Positions 63,201-64,000 of a stretch of 64,000 bases of DNA are shown piece by piece; within the stretch, counting starts at the first letter, position 1; each line of letters begins with the position of its first letter. The stretch is taken from NCBI RefSeq assembly GCF_964355755.1, contig NC_092671.1:13888001-13952000 (forward strand). Reading direction: 5' to 3'. The position numbers were made by a program, and so were the translations under genes. Source of the stretch: Antedon mediterranea. Lineage: Eukaryota; Animalia; Echinodermata. The notes under the pieces are model-generated. The model searched no databases. It had not been told where the DNA came from and saw only the letters and a list, made by a program, of their open reading frames with translations.

Positions 63201-64000
63201 ATTTATTTAATACATAATAATGAACTATATTACACAAAAGAAATATAAATGAATTTATAAGGACATGATGATTATCAAAAATAGTCAATATAATTTAATA
63301 TTATGTTCATATTATTATAATTATATCAATCATAGAGATTTTCAAAAACATAGTTTGGTAACATTTAGTTTCTTTTTCAGACCTTCAATATTTGGAAATA
63401 ACATAATAATTATAAAACATTCTTTTTTTTTAATGCCATTATGCGGTTAAAAACAAGTACAGCAGTATGCATATGTAGATACAGTACACATATATTGTGA
63501 GAACACAATTTCAATAATTTCTTTGTTAGTTATCAACCTAGGGGTTAAATTTTTAGGAAAACATTGGTTTATTTTTTATATAAATTATACATATGTGCAG
63601 AAATTCGTTCTTCTAGCCTCAGATCATTCCTGAAGTTAGACATAAATCACCCAAATTAGTATTAAGTAATTAAATGAATAGTAGATGAAGTAAGTACAAA
63701 TACATGTTTCAGGAGGATACTTTATGTTAAAGGTGATAATTTTACCCCGATGAAATGTATTCAATTACCAGGTCGAAGTATGGTGGAAACACTACTATAT
63801 GGCAAATTAAATGTACTCATATAGAACACAGTCAGTTCTACCAAGGTTAGAGGTGTGCCACAATTTGAGATAAGTGGACACATGACTTTTTCAATAGTAA
63901 ATTCATTACCAGCATTATAAATAAACTTTTAAAAAGATGAGAATGTAAGTAAATATCAGATTCATAGTCCTCATTATACACAATGATTTTCTACTATCAC
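60290..64000. mobile_element. Large foldback inverted repeat, probable non-autonomous DNA transposon; right end outside window
   Basis: 60321-62035 is the reverse complement of 62221-64000 (e.g. GTGATAGTAGAAAACCATTG at 60321 vs CAATGATTTTCTACTATCAC at the window end; ATAGGTTGCTC at 62025-62035 vs GAGCAACCTAT at 62221), with scattered substitutions and indels. Left start inferred at TTAA|AGGCTATATG (60286-60299). Confidence 0.85.

Noticed and set aside
60321-64000. Foldback as a chimeric-read assembly artefact
   Set aside because: The arms differ by many substitutions and indels and enclose a unique spacer, unlike a perfect artefactual palindrome.

Overview
AT-rich, intron-rich eukaryotic (invertebrate animal) DNA; the repeat landscape resembles an echinoderm or other deuterostome, but taxonomy is not provable here. 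All recognisable genes are on the minus strand. (1) A complete 22-exon Na+-coupled bicarbonate transporter of the SLC4 family (SLC4A7/8/10-like, about 1191 aa, 1518-39646), ending in a class I PDZ ligand (ETTI), with candidate alternative first exons and a 36-nt cassette exon. (2) A tandem pair of divergent ACSF2-like acyl-CoA synthetase genes: copy B (51183-57865, 18 exons, 556 aa) is intact; copy A (41176-49688) has intact exons 1-12 but a destroyed exon 13 and a frameshifted exon 16. (3) A foldback inverted repeat of at least 3.7 kb (arms about 1.75 kb, 185-bp spacer) running off the right edge. Introns contain hAT, PIF/Harbinger-like and other MITEs, tRNA-derived SINEs, LINE 3' ends, minisatellites and a striking excess of TACAGTA/TACTGTA heptamers that match Tc1/mariner excision footprints. 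Exon structures were assembled by eye from GT-AG boundaries and phase continuity; no database searches were run.
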